Program-made: the position numbers and the translations under genes | Part shown: positions 25,801-39,786 of the stretch, one piece after another | Layout of the letters: every line of letters begins with the position of its first letter | Position numbering within the stretch: the first letter of the stretch is position 1 | Notes under the pieces: generated by a model | What the model was told of the DNA's origin: nothing | The model's database searches: none | The model's input: the letters and a program-made list of their open reading frames with translations, nothing else | Assembly: GCA_030324005.1 (NCBI GenBank) | Contig: JARDVH010000121.1 | Span: forward strand, 32,481,572 to 32,545,571 | Length of the DNA stretch: 64,000 nucleotides | Direction: 5' to 3' | Source: Negaprion brevirostris | Lineage: Eukaryota

Positions 25801-28800
25801 NNNNNNNNNNNNNNNNNNNNNNNNNNNNNNNNNNNNNNNNNNNNNNNNNNNNNNNNNNNNNNNNNNNNNNNNNNNNNNNNNNNNNNNNNNNNNNNNNNNN
25901 NNNNNNNNNNNNNNNNNNNNNNNNNNNNNNNNNNNNNNNNNNNNNNNNNNNNNNNNNNNNNNNNNNNNNNNNNNNNNNNNNNNNNNNNNNNNNNNNNNNN
26001 NNNNNNNNNNNNNNNNNNNNNNNNNNNNNNNNNNNNNNNNNNNNNNNNNNNNNNNNNNNNNNNNNNNNNNNNNNNNNNNNNNNNNNNNNNNNNNNNNNNN
26101 NNNNNNNNNNNNNNNNNNNNNNNNNNNNNNNNNNNNNNNNNNNNNNNNNNNNNNNNNNNNNNNNNNNNNNNNNNNNNNNNNNNNNNNNNNNNNNNNNNNN
26201 NNNNNNNNNNNNNNNNNNNNNNNNNNNNNNNNNNNNNNNNNNNNNNNNNNNNNNNNNNNNNNNNNNNNNNNNGTGGCAACTAGGGGAATTTCACAGTAAC
26301 TTCATTGCAGTGTTAATGTAAGCCTTACTTGTGACTAATAAATTAACTTCGCTTCACTGAAATCTGATGATCTCAGAAACTGCATGGGCTCGACCCATAA
26401 TTTTCAGGGCTCCATGGCCGAAGGCATGGGCGCAATCTTACCGGCTGTTCACACCATACTCTTGTTGCAGTGAGATCTGAGAGTTTGGCACCCAGCCAAA
26501 TCTCCATTCACTGCAGCAGGATGGGGAAATCCTGCCGGCGTGAACAGCTGTAAGGTTCCGATCTATATATCTGTGGGCTGAATGGATGTTGTCGTGAGAC
26601 ATAATGGAACACACCAGCATATACATTGTATCACTCAGAGCTGCTGCACTCTACTGTCTTCCAACAGAAATATGGCAAGCTAAGGTGAATCATAGCAAGC
26701 CAAGAAATGGTGCGATGCAGTAGACTAACATTTCAGTACAGATCCCTGATGAGTCAATTCTGGGATAATTTTGGTCAGCCGATTATTAATTTGAATGGAA
26801 TCTATTGCACTGAAATACATTTCAGAAATGGAGACATATCTGTCTCGAAAGATGGTGAGTGGAAATATACCTAACAAGGTGTCTCATCTTTCAATCCAGG
26901 GAATTGAAAGTCATCACGCAACCGCTCAGTGACTCAATCTGAAGGGAATCCCTGGATTAGTGTTCGTTTTCAATTTAATAGAGCATTTGTTGTGGTTGGA
27001 GAATAGCCAACCTTTTCCAAAAATGACAGGCAGCAGAGTTTAACTCACAACAATAGATAGTCTTATGGATAATCTTTTACCTGTTGGGCCAATGGCTTCT
27101 GCAGAGCTAAACGTGTGTTGAAACAGCAAGGTTAACAGAACCCATTCCTGGATCTCCTGCAAGACAGGATCATTGGGCTAAATGATCAAAACCATTCTTT
27201 CGACATGCAATATGTTTTCATCCAACATGCCTCAATAAAGATTTGATTTGACCACTCATTGATGATAGTCGATTATTGACCTTTGGTCCTTACTTAATAA
27301 GAATTGCAGTTTTCCAAAGCCCCAGTTATTTCTAATAAATTCCTCATTCGTCTTTGGATTTTTTTTCTCCACATTCATNNNNNNNNNNNNNNNNNNNNNN
27401 NNNNNNNNNNNNNNNNNNNNNNNNNNNNNNNNNNNNNNNNNNNNNNNNNNNNNNNNNNNNNNNNNNNNNNNNNNNNNNNNNNNNNNNNNNNNNNNNNNNN
27501 NNNNNNNNNNNNNNNNNNNNNNNNNNNNNNNNNNNNNNNNNNNNNNNNNNNNNNNNNNNNNNNNNNNNNNNNNNNNNNNNNNNNNNNNNNNNNNNNNNNN
27601 NNNNNNNNNNNNNNNNNNNNNNNNNNNNNNNNNNNNNNNNNNNNNNNNNNNNNNNNNNNNNNNNNNNNNNNNNNNNNNNNNNNNNNNNNNNNNNNNNNNN
27701 NNNNNNNNNNATTATTTCAATCGGGATCTTTGAAGTCGGCATTTATTTCATCAACTTGGACTGGATTCAAATCTAGGTCACAGAGGTGAAAGGACAGTAA
27801 GCTCATACATTACACCATCCTGCTTATCCGATTAATCTTTTATGTACTTGTAATAGCTTCCACTTTATATGTCGTATCTTGTTTCATTACTTTAACTTGA
27901 ACATTCATCCACTCTGTCTTTATAATCCCATCTAATGAAACAATTGTACTGAGGCAATTTTGAATTAATGAGGCATTTTCCAATGGAGTGAATCAAGATT
28001 AATTTTCCACTAGCATGAAGCAAGTCTCATATCGCAATGTTATTAAGCAAGTGGTTCATCTGTGCATGAGTTATTAACTGCAATTTTTATTTTTAACAGA
28101 GTGAGGCTACCTGCAGACAGTGGTCATGCTTTGATTTTGCCTTGGTTGCAGTATAACTATAGTTGGTGGGCAACTAAATCGTGGAACTTTTCGAGTAGTC
28201 TCCTGAACACTGAACTTTAGTTTTTAATTCTAAATGACCAGAGGAGAATGGTTGAAGACCAGTGTACAGTATTCTGCAGCTGTGCATAAATATACATGAA
28301 GAGAATATTGCCAGTCCTAAGTAGAAACCAGAATAAGTGGGCAGTGCTAACAAACAGTGGATCATATTTTTGCCAGGATGGGAAGGCTCTCTGTCATGGT
28401 AAAAATCTCGGAAATGGCTGAAATTTCTAAGTTCCGCCCCCATACCAGCATTTCCCACCTTCGCAGATATGGAAATGAAGTTAGGCCAGGAGTCACGCAT
28501 ACGTGATTTGCGAAGGCAGCTGGTCACTTGAATTAACAGTTCTCTCCCCTGAAGTGGAATTGGTAGTTCAGGAATGTAAAACCTGGAGTATGCATTTAGA
28601 ACTGGTAAGAGGAGATCTGAACTTGCTGAATTTGTTTGGATAGTCAGGATGCCCATTTGGAGAGGTATGGTTTCTTTTTGGATAGGGTCATGGGATCTCT
28701 TTGGGAGAGACAAGGCACCATTTGGNNNNNNNNNNNNNNNNNNNNNNNNNNNNNNNNNNNNNNNNNNNNNNNNNNNNNNNNNNNNNNNNNNNNNNNNNNN

Positions 28801-30257
28801 NNNNNNNNNNNNNNNNNNNNNNNNNATTTGGGATTGTTAAAAGTGAATAGGATTATGTACTTTTTATGCACAAATGCCTTGGAACTCTCTTTCCGCCAAA
28901 GAACTGTTAAAGAAATGTCCAGCTGTCAAAACAATCAAGGAAATGTCAAAGCTGTCAAGGAACTGTCCAAGGATACAAGGTGAATTAGTATGGAAGAAGT
29001 ATGGGCAAAGGCTGATGGGTGAAGTTCATGGGTTGGCATGAGTTGACACTAAGTTAGCATAGGTAGTATGCAGGACATGGGGGTGGCTGGAGGGTCTTGG
29101 GTTGCCATAGTTACTATGGGGGCCATGGAGATTAGTGGAGGCATTGCTTGGCATGGCTGGCAAAAAGGGGTTGTATATGATGTGTGGAAAGCTGTGATTT
29201 GATTTTCTTACTAAGCCAGTTACAATGCCAGAGCACAGGGGAAAGCCTTGTGCCCAGATTGCCTCCGCAGCCAGCATTCATTCATGACTCACCCTATGTC
29301 GGCTCACTCCCATCCTTCCCTGCCAACCGGTAATCCAAACTGTGGGTGGAGGTTTTTAACTGTTTAGTTCACCAAGCTGTGAAATCTCCTGACTTTGCAC
29401 ACCTGAACCAGAGATAAAAATCTGTATATGTGTACTCATGCGGAAAATGGCACTGATATCAAATCAATATCTACATTATGAAACATATGATTCAGATCTT
29501 CACAAGAACATTGTGTACACCACTTCAAAGGTGACTGAAAGAAACAGATATACCTGTAAAGGGCAACAGAAAAGCTGGAAATTCCAAGAAATTTTTCTTA
29601 GATCAGTAGTTCCCAACCAGTGTGCTGTGTGTCGTGAAAAACCCACTCTCCCCCCCCCGCCCCCAACCCCTAAAAGTATGCCATGAAAAAGATTCAAAAT
29701 TCATGTAATTAAATTAGAACTAATCTTGGTCCTCAGCTGTGTAGTTGGTGTCTCCAGGACCCAAGGACTCTTGGGCCTCCCATGCATTTGCTGGCTGGAA
29801 AGGGCCGCACATGCATGGTTTAGATTTTTGATGTTGATCAGGCCCATCGTGCATGACCAATGGGAGTTTGAGTTGAAAACAAAGACCTCAGCTTCCTGCA
29901 TAAAAAAAAGTAAAAACTCAGAGGGCACAAAAACCCTGGGAGAAGCGAAAGAGGCAGAGGTTAAATTAAACTGACAAGAGGACAGGGAGAAGTTAAAAAT
30001 GAAGTTCCTAGTAAGGGAAGAAGACAGAGAAAATAAAGCGCGTACCTCAATGTTTTTGTTACAGCATAGAGGTGTGCCATTGCATATAAAAGGTTCGGAA
30101 TCACTGTCTTAGATACTTAGGCCTTTTCACTTCTTTTACCAGTTCCCTTTCCGTGCACAGTAATGTAACCTTGGAATAACTATGTTGTGTAAAGCAGAGA
30201 ACACTTGTGTTTGACAATGGTGAGCAAATGAGTAAACTGAGTTTGATCAAAAAATCA

Positions 30258-30502
30258 AGTCTGATGTTCCAGTGCTGCACTGTCAGAGGTATTGTCTTCC
30301 AAATGAACTGTTAAAACATCTTGAGTTGATGTCAAAGCTGCCACAGGCATGTTTTAATGAAGAATAAGTTTTTCTCAGTGACCTGGACAAGATTGATCCC
30401 TTATCCAATGCAGATTATCCTGCCATTATCACATTATATAGTTTGTGGGAGTTTACGTGTATGGACTGGCTGTTTCCTACGTTACAATAGTGACTATATT
30501 TC
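30258..30502 (+). mobile_element. DeuSINE-like relic, 5' part; resumes about 31315-31400 after a CR1 insertion
   Basis: AGTGCTGCACTGTCAGAGGT...TTTGTGGGA...TTACAATAGTGACTATATTTCA, then AAAAAGTA...TAAAGCACTTTAGGATG...ACAAATGCAAGTC. Confidence 0.55.
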
Positions 30503-31312
30503 ATAAGACCATAAGACAAAGGAGCAGAATTAGGCTACTTAGCCAATCATGTCTGCTTCGCTGTTCAATCATGGCTGATATTTTTCTCATCCCCATAACC
30601 CCTGATCCCCTTATTAATCAAGAACCTATTTATCTCTGTCTTAAAGACAGTCAATGACTTGGCCTGCACAGCCTTCTCTGGCAAAGAGTTCCACAAATTT
30701 ATCACTNNNNNNNNNNNNNNNNNNNNNNNNNNNNNNNNNNNNNNNNNNNNNNNNNNNNNNNNNNNNNNNNNNNNNNNNNNNNNNNNNNNNNNNNNNNNNN
30801 NNNNNNNNNNNNNNNNNNNNNNNNTTTCCTGTTATTTACCCCCCCCCCCCCCCCATCCTTCTAAACTCAAATGAGTACAGACCCAGAGTCCTTAACATTT
30901 CCTCATACGACAACCCTTCATTCCAGGGATCATTCTTGTGAACCTCCTCTGAGCCCTTTCCAAGGCCAGCACATCCTTCCTTAGATATGGGGCCCAAAAC
31001 TGTTCCCAATGCTCCAAATGGAATCTGACCAGAGCCTTATACAGCCTCAGAAGTGTATCCCTACTTTGTATTCTAGCCCTCTCAACATGAATATTAACAT
31101 TGCATTTGCTTTCCTAACTGCTGACTTAACCTGCAAGTTAACCTTAAGAGAATCTTGAACAAGGACTCTGAAGTCCCTTGGTGTTTCTGATTTCCTAGGC
31201 ATTTTCCCATTATTAAATAGTCCATGTCTCCATTCTTCCTTCTAAAGTGCATAACCTCATACTTTTCCAATTCTATTCCATCTGCCCCTTCTTTGTCCAC
31301 CCTCCTAACTTG
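30503..31312 (-). mobile_element. 5'-truncated CR1-like LINE, about 0.8 kb
   Basis: CATAAGACCATAAGAC octamer tail; minus-strand peptide EKYEVMHFRRKN resembles CR1 ORF2 (KCEVMHFGRKN); frameshifted. Confidence 0.85.
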
Positions 31313-31662
31313 CTCAAAAAGTATTGTGTTGTCTTTAAAGCACTTTAGGATGTGTAAAGGTCATAAAATGTGCTGTACAAATGCAAGTCCTTTCATTTCT
31401 TTCTGCCACTGTTGGATAATGTGAGGTGGATAGTGATAGTACCCCAGAGCAATTTGGACCTGAGCAACATTGCAATGTTATCGAGCAAGGCATTAAGTGA
31501 GATCATGGTTTAGAGTGGAGGGGGGAGTACAGGAAGACTTTGAGAATAACAAAGACATAGGAGTGAGACATACTCTAGTTGGGTTAAAGACGACCTTATT
31601 CACAGTCATGGCACAAGACAAAATGTTTTGTCGCCTCTGATGCTATTGTGAAGGATATGATT

Positions 31663-31964
31663 TAAGTTGATTTATTAGTGTCACAAGTAGGCTTACATTA
31701 ACACCACAAAGAAGTTACTGTGAAAATCCCCTGGTCACCACACTCTGACACCTGTTTGGGTACACTGAGGGAGAATTTAGTGTGGCCAATGTACCTAGCA
31801 TGCCTTTCAGACTGTGGGAGGAAACCAGAGCACCCAGAGGAAACCCACGCAGACACGGGGAGAACATGCAAACTCCGCACAGGCAATGACCCATACCGGG
31901 AATCAAACCCGGGTCCCTGGCACTGTGAGGTAGTAGTACTAACCATTGTGCTACCATGCCACCC
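31663..31964 (-). mobile_element. HE1/V-SINE-like SINE, tail type B
   Basis: Full head, core and tail B in antisense. Confidence 0.88.
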
Positions 31965-33670
31965 CATGATTGACAGGAAAAACTTTTGGAGCGGGTAGAA
32001 AGGTATTCAGAGTAAACAAGGAAAACATATTTCCTGTGGTTGTGGAATCAGTGATGGGAGGTAAGGGGTGGGGATGGGCACCAAATTGGAATGATTATTA
32101 ACAGCGTGAGAAAGGAGGGTGGGAGCAGTTTCTTTATATAGAGAGTTATTGGAGCATTGACTGCTTTCCCACAGGGAGTGGTTGAAGCAGAAACCATTGT
32201 CTTTTTAAGCAAAGATTGGAAACACACTTAAATATGAGAAAGATACAAGGCAAGGGAGAAAAAGTATGGCAAAGGGATTTGTTCTGAATTGCCCAAGCAA
32301 AATGAGAAGGATGATGGGCTGAATGGCCTTCTGCAAAAAGTTGCACATTTCGATGGTTCTACGGCATCTCTGGTAGTAATGCCTTTTGGACTTCCCATGC
32401 TTGTCAGTTTATTTGATTCTAATGGCAGCACAGTGGAGAATAATTGAAGGAAAAGCAGTTTTGGGGGTGGGATATCACAAAAAATGTCAAACTGGGGAGA
32501 AAACCAATGACTGCAAAGACACTTTCTCCAGTGACTCAAACAATGGTCACCCTATGAAAACCTTACTTGAGCAGACCAGATCCTAGATCTCCTGATGCAA
32601 ATATTTTATGCTGGTAAGGTGCCTGCTGTGAATTGAGTCTTCTTGAAATTGTGGGATTTTGCTCTGGGGGAACATGGTTCTAATTGTTGTATAATGCTAA
32701 TGAGTCTGGTGTTTGCGTGTAGTGCAACCTCACTCTGCCCCACAAAATTATGTGTCACAAAATGTGGCGCTCAGCGAATTGGGCCTCCAACCTCCCACAT
32801 GGCTCCAGGCTGCTGGAGGAGTCTCACAAGATCAGTCTTTTGCTTCATGGTTTCCCAAATGTGAATATAAAAGTAGAGACTTTGTTTGAAAATGACGATG
32901 TGAGGCCCTGCTCCTCTCTGAACCCTTACACTTTCAGTTTGGTATTGATTTAAGTGGAATCCTCGCTAGCCAGAAAAGAAAATCAAATGTTACATGTTTT
33001 CAAAAATACCAAATGCAGCTATAATTATAGCTTCTTAAAATAAATGGCATGTGGTGAATAATTAGAAATGAGTCATTGTGTGGGACTTTTTGTAAAATGA
33101 ATTAGAACCAGCTTCAATACAACATATCTTACATTAGGCTAATGTTGTGGATTTTCTATTTCAGACAATCATTCCGTGAAATAAAGTACAGACTTACAGC
33201 AATTGAAAGTACAACATTCTAAATAAATGTCAGTGAAGCTTCCTTAACTTTCAATGCCTGCTCCACTTAACATGTAAGCATGAAGGATCCAACATATATG
33301 GCATTCTTAACTAAAACTATCAACAGGGAATATTGGATTTAACATTGCTTCCAGGCTTCCACTTGGGCAGCAGAACACGTCTGTTAATGTTGCAGCGTCA
33401 CTTTTGTAATTCAAATCCTCGGTGTGTGAAATCTGTCTTTTTCTAAATGCTTTTGCCATTAGAATGCAAAAGCTGAACCTGTTTACGTTTCCAAATTAAG
33501 TTCTCCTTTAAATATAGCAGGCAAAGGAATTTCACACAAGCTAAGTGTTTGGAACTAATATCTGATAAGCCCAATTAACTGGACAATCCTGGGCCCACAA
33601 TTATAATTTCAATACCTTTTATTACTCGTATATTAGTCTTCATGTATTTGCACCATTGTAAAGTAAAGCA

Positions 33671-33968
33671 AAGTTTAATTGTTAGTGTCACAAGTAGGCT
33701 TACATGAATACTGCAATGAAGTTACTGTTAAAAATTCCCTTGACGCCACTCTCTGACGCCTGTTTGGATACACTGAGGGAGAATTTAGTATGGCCAGTGC
33801 ACCTAACCTACACATCTTTTCTCTGGGAGGAACCAGAGCACGAGGAGGAAACCCACACAGACACGGGAAGAATGTGCAAACACCACACAGACAGTGACCC
33901 AAGCCAGGAATTGAACCAGGTCCCTGGCTCTGAGATAGTGGTGCCAACCACTGTGCCACCATCCCACC
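33671..33968 (-). mobile_element. HE1/V-SINE-like SINE, tail type B
   Basis: Full head, core and tail B in antisense. Confidence 0.88.
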
Positions 33969-34806
33969 CCCATTGGTTACCTCCCAGATCTCATGTACAC
34001 AGCAACAATCCCAAGATTTCTTGAATCTAACTGTCAGGGATTCTTGATAGGAAAGAAAATATCTTCTTGGTTCCATTATATTTCAATGAAGCCCCTTGAG
34101 AAAGTAAACTAATTGCATCATCCTCCTGCACTCACCTTTGTAATATGCAACCAGTTTCTGATAAACTTACTGCATCGTTGGAATATAAGCTAAAGCAGCC
34201 ACTATATTTTGAGCAGTGCATATCTGTGGCATGGTTATGTTGTTTTGTCACACCAATATTGCTACAAAGAATACTGGCATGTCTGATGATAACATGATAT
34301 TGTATCATGGGCATCACCACCTCTGTGACCTACTGCTGGGCCAACAGCGACCCATTAAAACAATAGGTTTATTTTGATGTGGTAAGCAGACTTGTAAAAG
34401 TCCGCACCTGTGTTGGAAAGCTAACTATAAATTTTATGATGCAAATTAAAATATTGGATTGATGGATATAGGAATAAAAGGCAACTGCCACTTTGAATTG
34501 GCTTTTTTTTTCAAATTACTGTTTGCAAAACCTCCTTGTTTAATGGGAAGTGGTTTCTTCGCACATTATATATGTTCTGTGGAGCCATTTGCTTCATTAT
34601 GTGGTATGAAATATTCAAATAACGTACATCTTGGTGGAAAAATTCAGCTGATTTTGCATTGGTAGATTCAATGAATAATGTTAGATCTTCTAAGAATGCA
34701 CACAGAGGCATCGACTCTCACATTTGATACTGAATAACACTAATTCTAAATAGACTTACATTATCATTCATTTTGATTATTAATGGTGCTCAAACATTTC
34801 TTTCAG

Positions 34807-34862
34807 ATGGACAACAGATATGGGAGGTAGAGGCAACAGTGGATAAAGATAAAAGCCAGCCT
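34807..34862 (+). CDS. NFATC2: NFATC2-like coding exon (exon 7 equivalent), 56 nt; absent from the ORF track
   Basis: Read by eye: (D)GQQIWEVEATVDKDKSQP. Acceptor tttctttcAG, donor GTAAGT; phase 1 in, phase 0 out. Confidence 0.95.
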
Positions 34863-36001
34863 GTAAGTATAAAGCTGAAAAGAATGTTCTATCTTAAGTA
34901 AGAATTTATTGAGGAAAGGATTTTTCGTAATACTTTAAAATTTAAGTAAATATTATTAACCCTTGAAAGTCCTATAAATGTTGCAGAAACTAAAGAAAAT
35001 TTGCTGATATGTTGTTTTATATTTTAAATAAAGATAATTATTCTGAACTGCCAATAATTAAAACAGCATTTGTCAGGAATAAAGCAGATTCAGAATTGAG
35101 CACACTTATACATCTGAGGTAACTTGATTTCAGCCAGATTAAAACAAATGTTCTTCTACAGTTAAACAGGTTTTTCACTAATGTAGAATATTCATCCTTT
35201 TGAGGACTTGTGTATAATTGTCACTATTTTGTTGCCATTATAGATCATCTATGCGCAAAGCTTCCATTTTTAAGTAGTTCTACTTCTGCATAACTTCCCA
35301 CAATCCCCACCACCATCTTCATCCTGTCAGACAGCTTGCCTCACATGCGTGGTGGGATTTAATGACCTCTTTCGTATGCACTTAATTGCCGATGATGATG
35401 AGTGGGGATCTCACCACTTTCTTGTCTCCATCCGACTATGTTCATAATGGGAAGGCTCGTGGTTGGCCGTCCTGTCCCACCACCAACTGAGACAGGCCCT
35501 TAAGTGGGTAATTAATGCCCAACTAAAGGTCTCACCCTTCCACTGTTGGTATTAACTCAGTGACAGTCAGGGGTACCACCAGATGGGGAGCACAACAAGA
35601 AAACCCATGCAAGGTTGCTTGTGGGCTCCCAGGGGGTTTCCTTGTTTGAGGGCACTCAGTACCAAGTTGAGGAAACCAACATTGGGAGGTGAGAAATGCT
35701 GAGCGCAGTTCCTGCCTTCCCACACTCCAACGCCACCTTCCTCCTCCCCTCTCCAACTCTTCCCCTGCTGCTGTCCAGTTAAATGCCTGAGTGGCACTTA
35801 TTGTAGTAGACCTTTCCGTAAGGAAGGCAAGACAGGGCCGTCACCGACTCTCTAGCCGATAGGTTAGATCCCTTGTCTCCTCCATTAAATAGTGCCCCTA
35901 GTTGTGAATGGGTCAAAATTTCTTCCGCCCAAATATTAGAGAGATCATTCCCTTACCCACTCAGACACAACTAATGTGTACACCAACCTGTTTGGCCTAG
36001 A

Positions 36002-36068
36002 TCTTAACTTCAAACCTCACATCCTACCTTCTGAATGTCTTAACTTCAAACCTCACATCCTACCTTCT
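36002..36068. repeat. Perfect 31-bp direct duplication (period 36)
   Basis: TCTTAACTTCAAACCTCACATCCTACCTTCT at 36002-36032 and 36038-36068. Confidence 0.9.
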
Positions 36069-37770
36069 CAACTATGCAATATCTGTTCCCGTCTCAGCAT
36101 CACTCTTGTCCAAACCCTTAGCTACGTCTTTGATGGACTTCTTGGTTTGATTTATCCGATATTCCTCCTATTGGCCACTGCCTCCATAAATTTCAAATTG
36201 TTCAAAATTCAGTGCCCATATCTTGGTCCCACTCCAAGTCTTGCACACCCATTACTCCTGTCCTCATTCATCTATACTAGTTCTCTGTCAACACAAGTTT
36301 AAAATCCTAAGCATTGCCTAATGTAAGCAGGTGGGTTGGGACTCGCGATGTTAATGATTTTTATGTCAGCAAGGTGATTTATTTAATTCTCTGAAGGCTG
36401 GATAAGCAACAGAAACCGGGCCAGATGTACCAACATAGTTTTATGCAAATTCCATTTTGATGTAGCTTTTAAGGTCAACATCTCAGATTTTTATGAAATT
36501 ACATTGATCAATAACTCTGCTAAGGATGGTTGATTATATTGCAGTTTTTTTTTTAATCAATTAAGGCACAAATTGGTAAAATATGCCAGAATTCTACTGG
36601 CATAGCCACCCCAAAATCAGGTCAGGCGAAGTTAGCAGAACGGCATTCTCTGTTGGCCTCTGATAAGATCTTACAAGTATCATCAAGTTATATGTATCTA
36701 AAGAGAGGTGTCAGTAATGATAAAGCATAAAGGTATTCCGCTGTGGAGTGTAATTAATTTTATTGAAGCTAGTTACTGCATTAATAGAGTTTTCCTTTCC
36801 AGGTACACATGAGGGAAAATGTGAACCTAATTTAATCTATCCATGTAATGTTCACTTACTTTCTCAAGTTTTGCACGACTGAAGTTGAGCAGCATTTTCA
36901 ATTTTATGGACTTTTTTTAAAGCATCACATTACTTTTCTCAATCTTTATGGACCTTTGCACTATGCAGCATTTAGTGTATATTACTTCTTGGGAGGGCAG
37001 ATTTATAACCTGCACCCAGATCTCTGTCAATGACCTTCCATTATTGAAGTGGATGATTGTAGTGCTTAGATTTTTCAGTCCCCAAGTCAAAAGTATGCTA
37101 CTTCCAGTGCACTCACACTGAATGCCTAGCCGTGCTTTGAAATTTACAATATTGGGTGTTCTTGAGGATATAATGGCATTGACCATTTCAGGGTGCTCAG
37201 TTTCTATGTTTTTTTTACACAAATAGAATGGTCCACCAGTCACTGATTATTCAGTCATGACTCTAATATCCTTTGTGATGTTTTGCTTACCATGCAAAGT
37301 GTAGAACAAATAATATGCAAACTGATCTAATTCTGTAAAAGTTGCACTAATTTACTGATAAGAAAAAAATCAAGAGCTATGATACTTCAGTGAGGATCTT
37401 GAGTTTGTGGAGTTGTCTGTTGCTAGCAAATGGACCCAAATTGGAAAGTTGCGTAGCAAATGCAATGCTGTTACACCTTCTACCATCCCACAGTTAAGCT
37501 CTCAGCTAAGTTTGAATACGGAGCTCCATAATAATTGCAAAACATTAGGCAATAAAACATAATAATAAGCATAGAACAAGCATTTTGGATGGATAGTACA
37601 ATCACAATTTTATTCTTAAAGGGAAGAAATACGCCATCAAACTGGTTACTGGAATAATAGAAACAAACCTGTTTGTTGCATTTTGTAGAATTTTTGCAAA
37701 AAATGGCAAAAGAATGAACAGGGTTTCATTTCGTGGCTGCATTTTCACCTTCTGCTTATTCTCTATTTAG

Positions 37771-37900
37771 AGCATTCTCTTTGTTGAAATTCCCCGCTAT
37801 CGGAACCAACATATCCGCACAGCAGCCAAGGTGAACTTCTGTGTTGTCAATGGGAAAAGGAAAAGGAGCCAACCACAGAGATTTGTGTACTTGCCTGCAG
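37771..37900 (+). CDS. NFATC2: NFATC2-like coding exon (end of IPT domain with KRKR NLS; exon 8 equivalent), 130 nt; absent from the ORF track
   Basis: Read by eye: SILFVEIPRYRNQHIRTAAKVNFCVVNGKRKRSQPQRFVYLPA. Acceptor ctctatttAG, donor GTAAAT; phase 0 in, phase 1 out. Confidence 0.95.
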
Positions 37901-39786
37901 GTAAATGATGTGAAGAAACATCATGGATTCCCTAGTCCTAAATGTTCAACGTAGTTGAATCCAGAGAGTTGCTTGGTTTAGCCAAGGTCAAGTTGGTGTT
38001 TGGATGAAACATACTGACCACCTGACTTACACTGGGACAAGGAATTGAATGAGAAAAAAAACCCAGCTGCAGTCAGAACCATGTCTCCAGGCTAACTCAA
38101 TGCAAATGTTGCCAGGTTTTCTTTCAGCTATCCTTAAAGCTTATGGAAGAAGCCAAGCCACATTCAAACAAATGCATATTGTGCACATTTTCTTAGTTAT
38201 GAGCATGATTGGTGGTTAGTTTGTGCATGTAGCTAAAAGTTAAAATCCAGAAAGCCCCAGCAACTTCTTTCAGGGTATTTAATGAACTGAGGTTGTTGAA
38301 CAATTTTAGTTAATTTGATTTGGGCTAGTTGAAACCTTCAGAGAAATAGGTTAGGTTAAATTTAGCTTTCATTATTTGAATTGCTGCATAAGGAAAGGAC
38401 CATTGCGTCCATAAAGCCTGAATACAGTTTATAATGAGGCGGTTGATTTTTTTTTAAGAAGCTGAGATCCATATTTATTACAAATCTGTATTATATTAAT
38501 ATCTACACATTTGCTTGCACACCTATTAATCAATAAGATCTCCTGTTAAAGTCTGAAACAAGTTCAAATGTTGAGATGCGCTGCTGCGTTTTGAAGATAT
38601 GAGGATTATCCTGTGCAGCACAGGAAGGGTTCAGTTCCGAAAGCACATTTCTGCTTCCTATCCAGCCTTAATAGCAGAAACATTCCAAATTATCAGGGCC
38701 AGTGAAAGTACGTTAACAACTTAACAACATTAACAAAGCAGTTCAGCTTCATTTTACGAGAGTGATTGAAATACAGAAGCTGGATTGCTTTTGTAAAAAG
38801 GGCAAAGAACACCTTAAAATATTTTTAAAAGGTTAGCTAAACAGGCAATAACTTTCCAGCGCCTCATTGAATGGAATGCAGTAGGATAGTCTGAATCTAA
38901 AAATGTAATGCCATTCATTATTCTACTCATATCATGAATTTGAAGACGTGCTTGCTTTAAAGCACATATTTTTCATTGATATTGAAAAGGAATAATCTAA
39001 ACACTGAAGCTCTTCACTTCATATGGATATCATATAACAAACTCATCTGATGTGAACCCCTCTGAGCGACGTTCTAAGTGAAACATTTGGGGCTGGAAAT
39101 GTGATGGTGCCACAGCTGTTTTCTCTGATACTAAACTGATACATCCAACTTGACAAGACGGAACCACAGGCTGGTTATAAACCAGAAGTTTCCACCATGT
39201 TGGTTTGGAAGTCTCCAAGGCCTGTGTCTCAAAATGGCTTTTGGTCATTTCCATAAGCAGATGCGAAGCCAGACACCTGCTTAAGGTCCTCTGTGCATAA
39301 CCGGGCTGCCTGTAACATGGGTGGGGCCAGGCCAGTTGCACTCAGGGAAATCAGGTCAAAATGCCTTTGAACTTTTGAGGAACTGCGAACATAAAGATAG
39401 GAATAAAAATGTGTGCCTAAACATGGAGTTGGATGGTGAAGGAGTGTTCAGTCTTGGCTTCACATTCAAACCACTGGCTTCTACCAATCACTGTTCAACT
39501 TGACTGTTGGTCTCCTCTGCCCCGTCTTCACCCTCACCAACCACCCCCCTCTCCTCCCCACAAACCCCACTCCCCTCACCACATGCACCTTGCTGGTTGT
39601 CTTTCCTTCCCCTTTAAGTATTTACCTCGTGTACACCAGCATAGCAAAGTTATTGGCCCTGGGCTTTTAAAAGACCAAGTATTAAATAGCTTAACTAATT
39701 TGTATTGTGACTACATATTGTTCAGTAGTTGTAAGTATGTTAACATGAGCTGAGAATAAATGTACTTTCTATGTTATTTATTTCAG

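Noticed and set aside
28174-28713. 179-aa minus-strand ORF and other 60-180-aa ORFs in the track
   Set aside because: No recognisable domains; they overlap repeats, low-complexity DNA or N gaps. Recurring peptides such as CGVCTFSPCLRGF are SINE translations.
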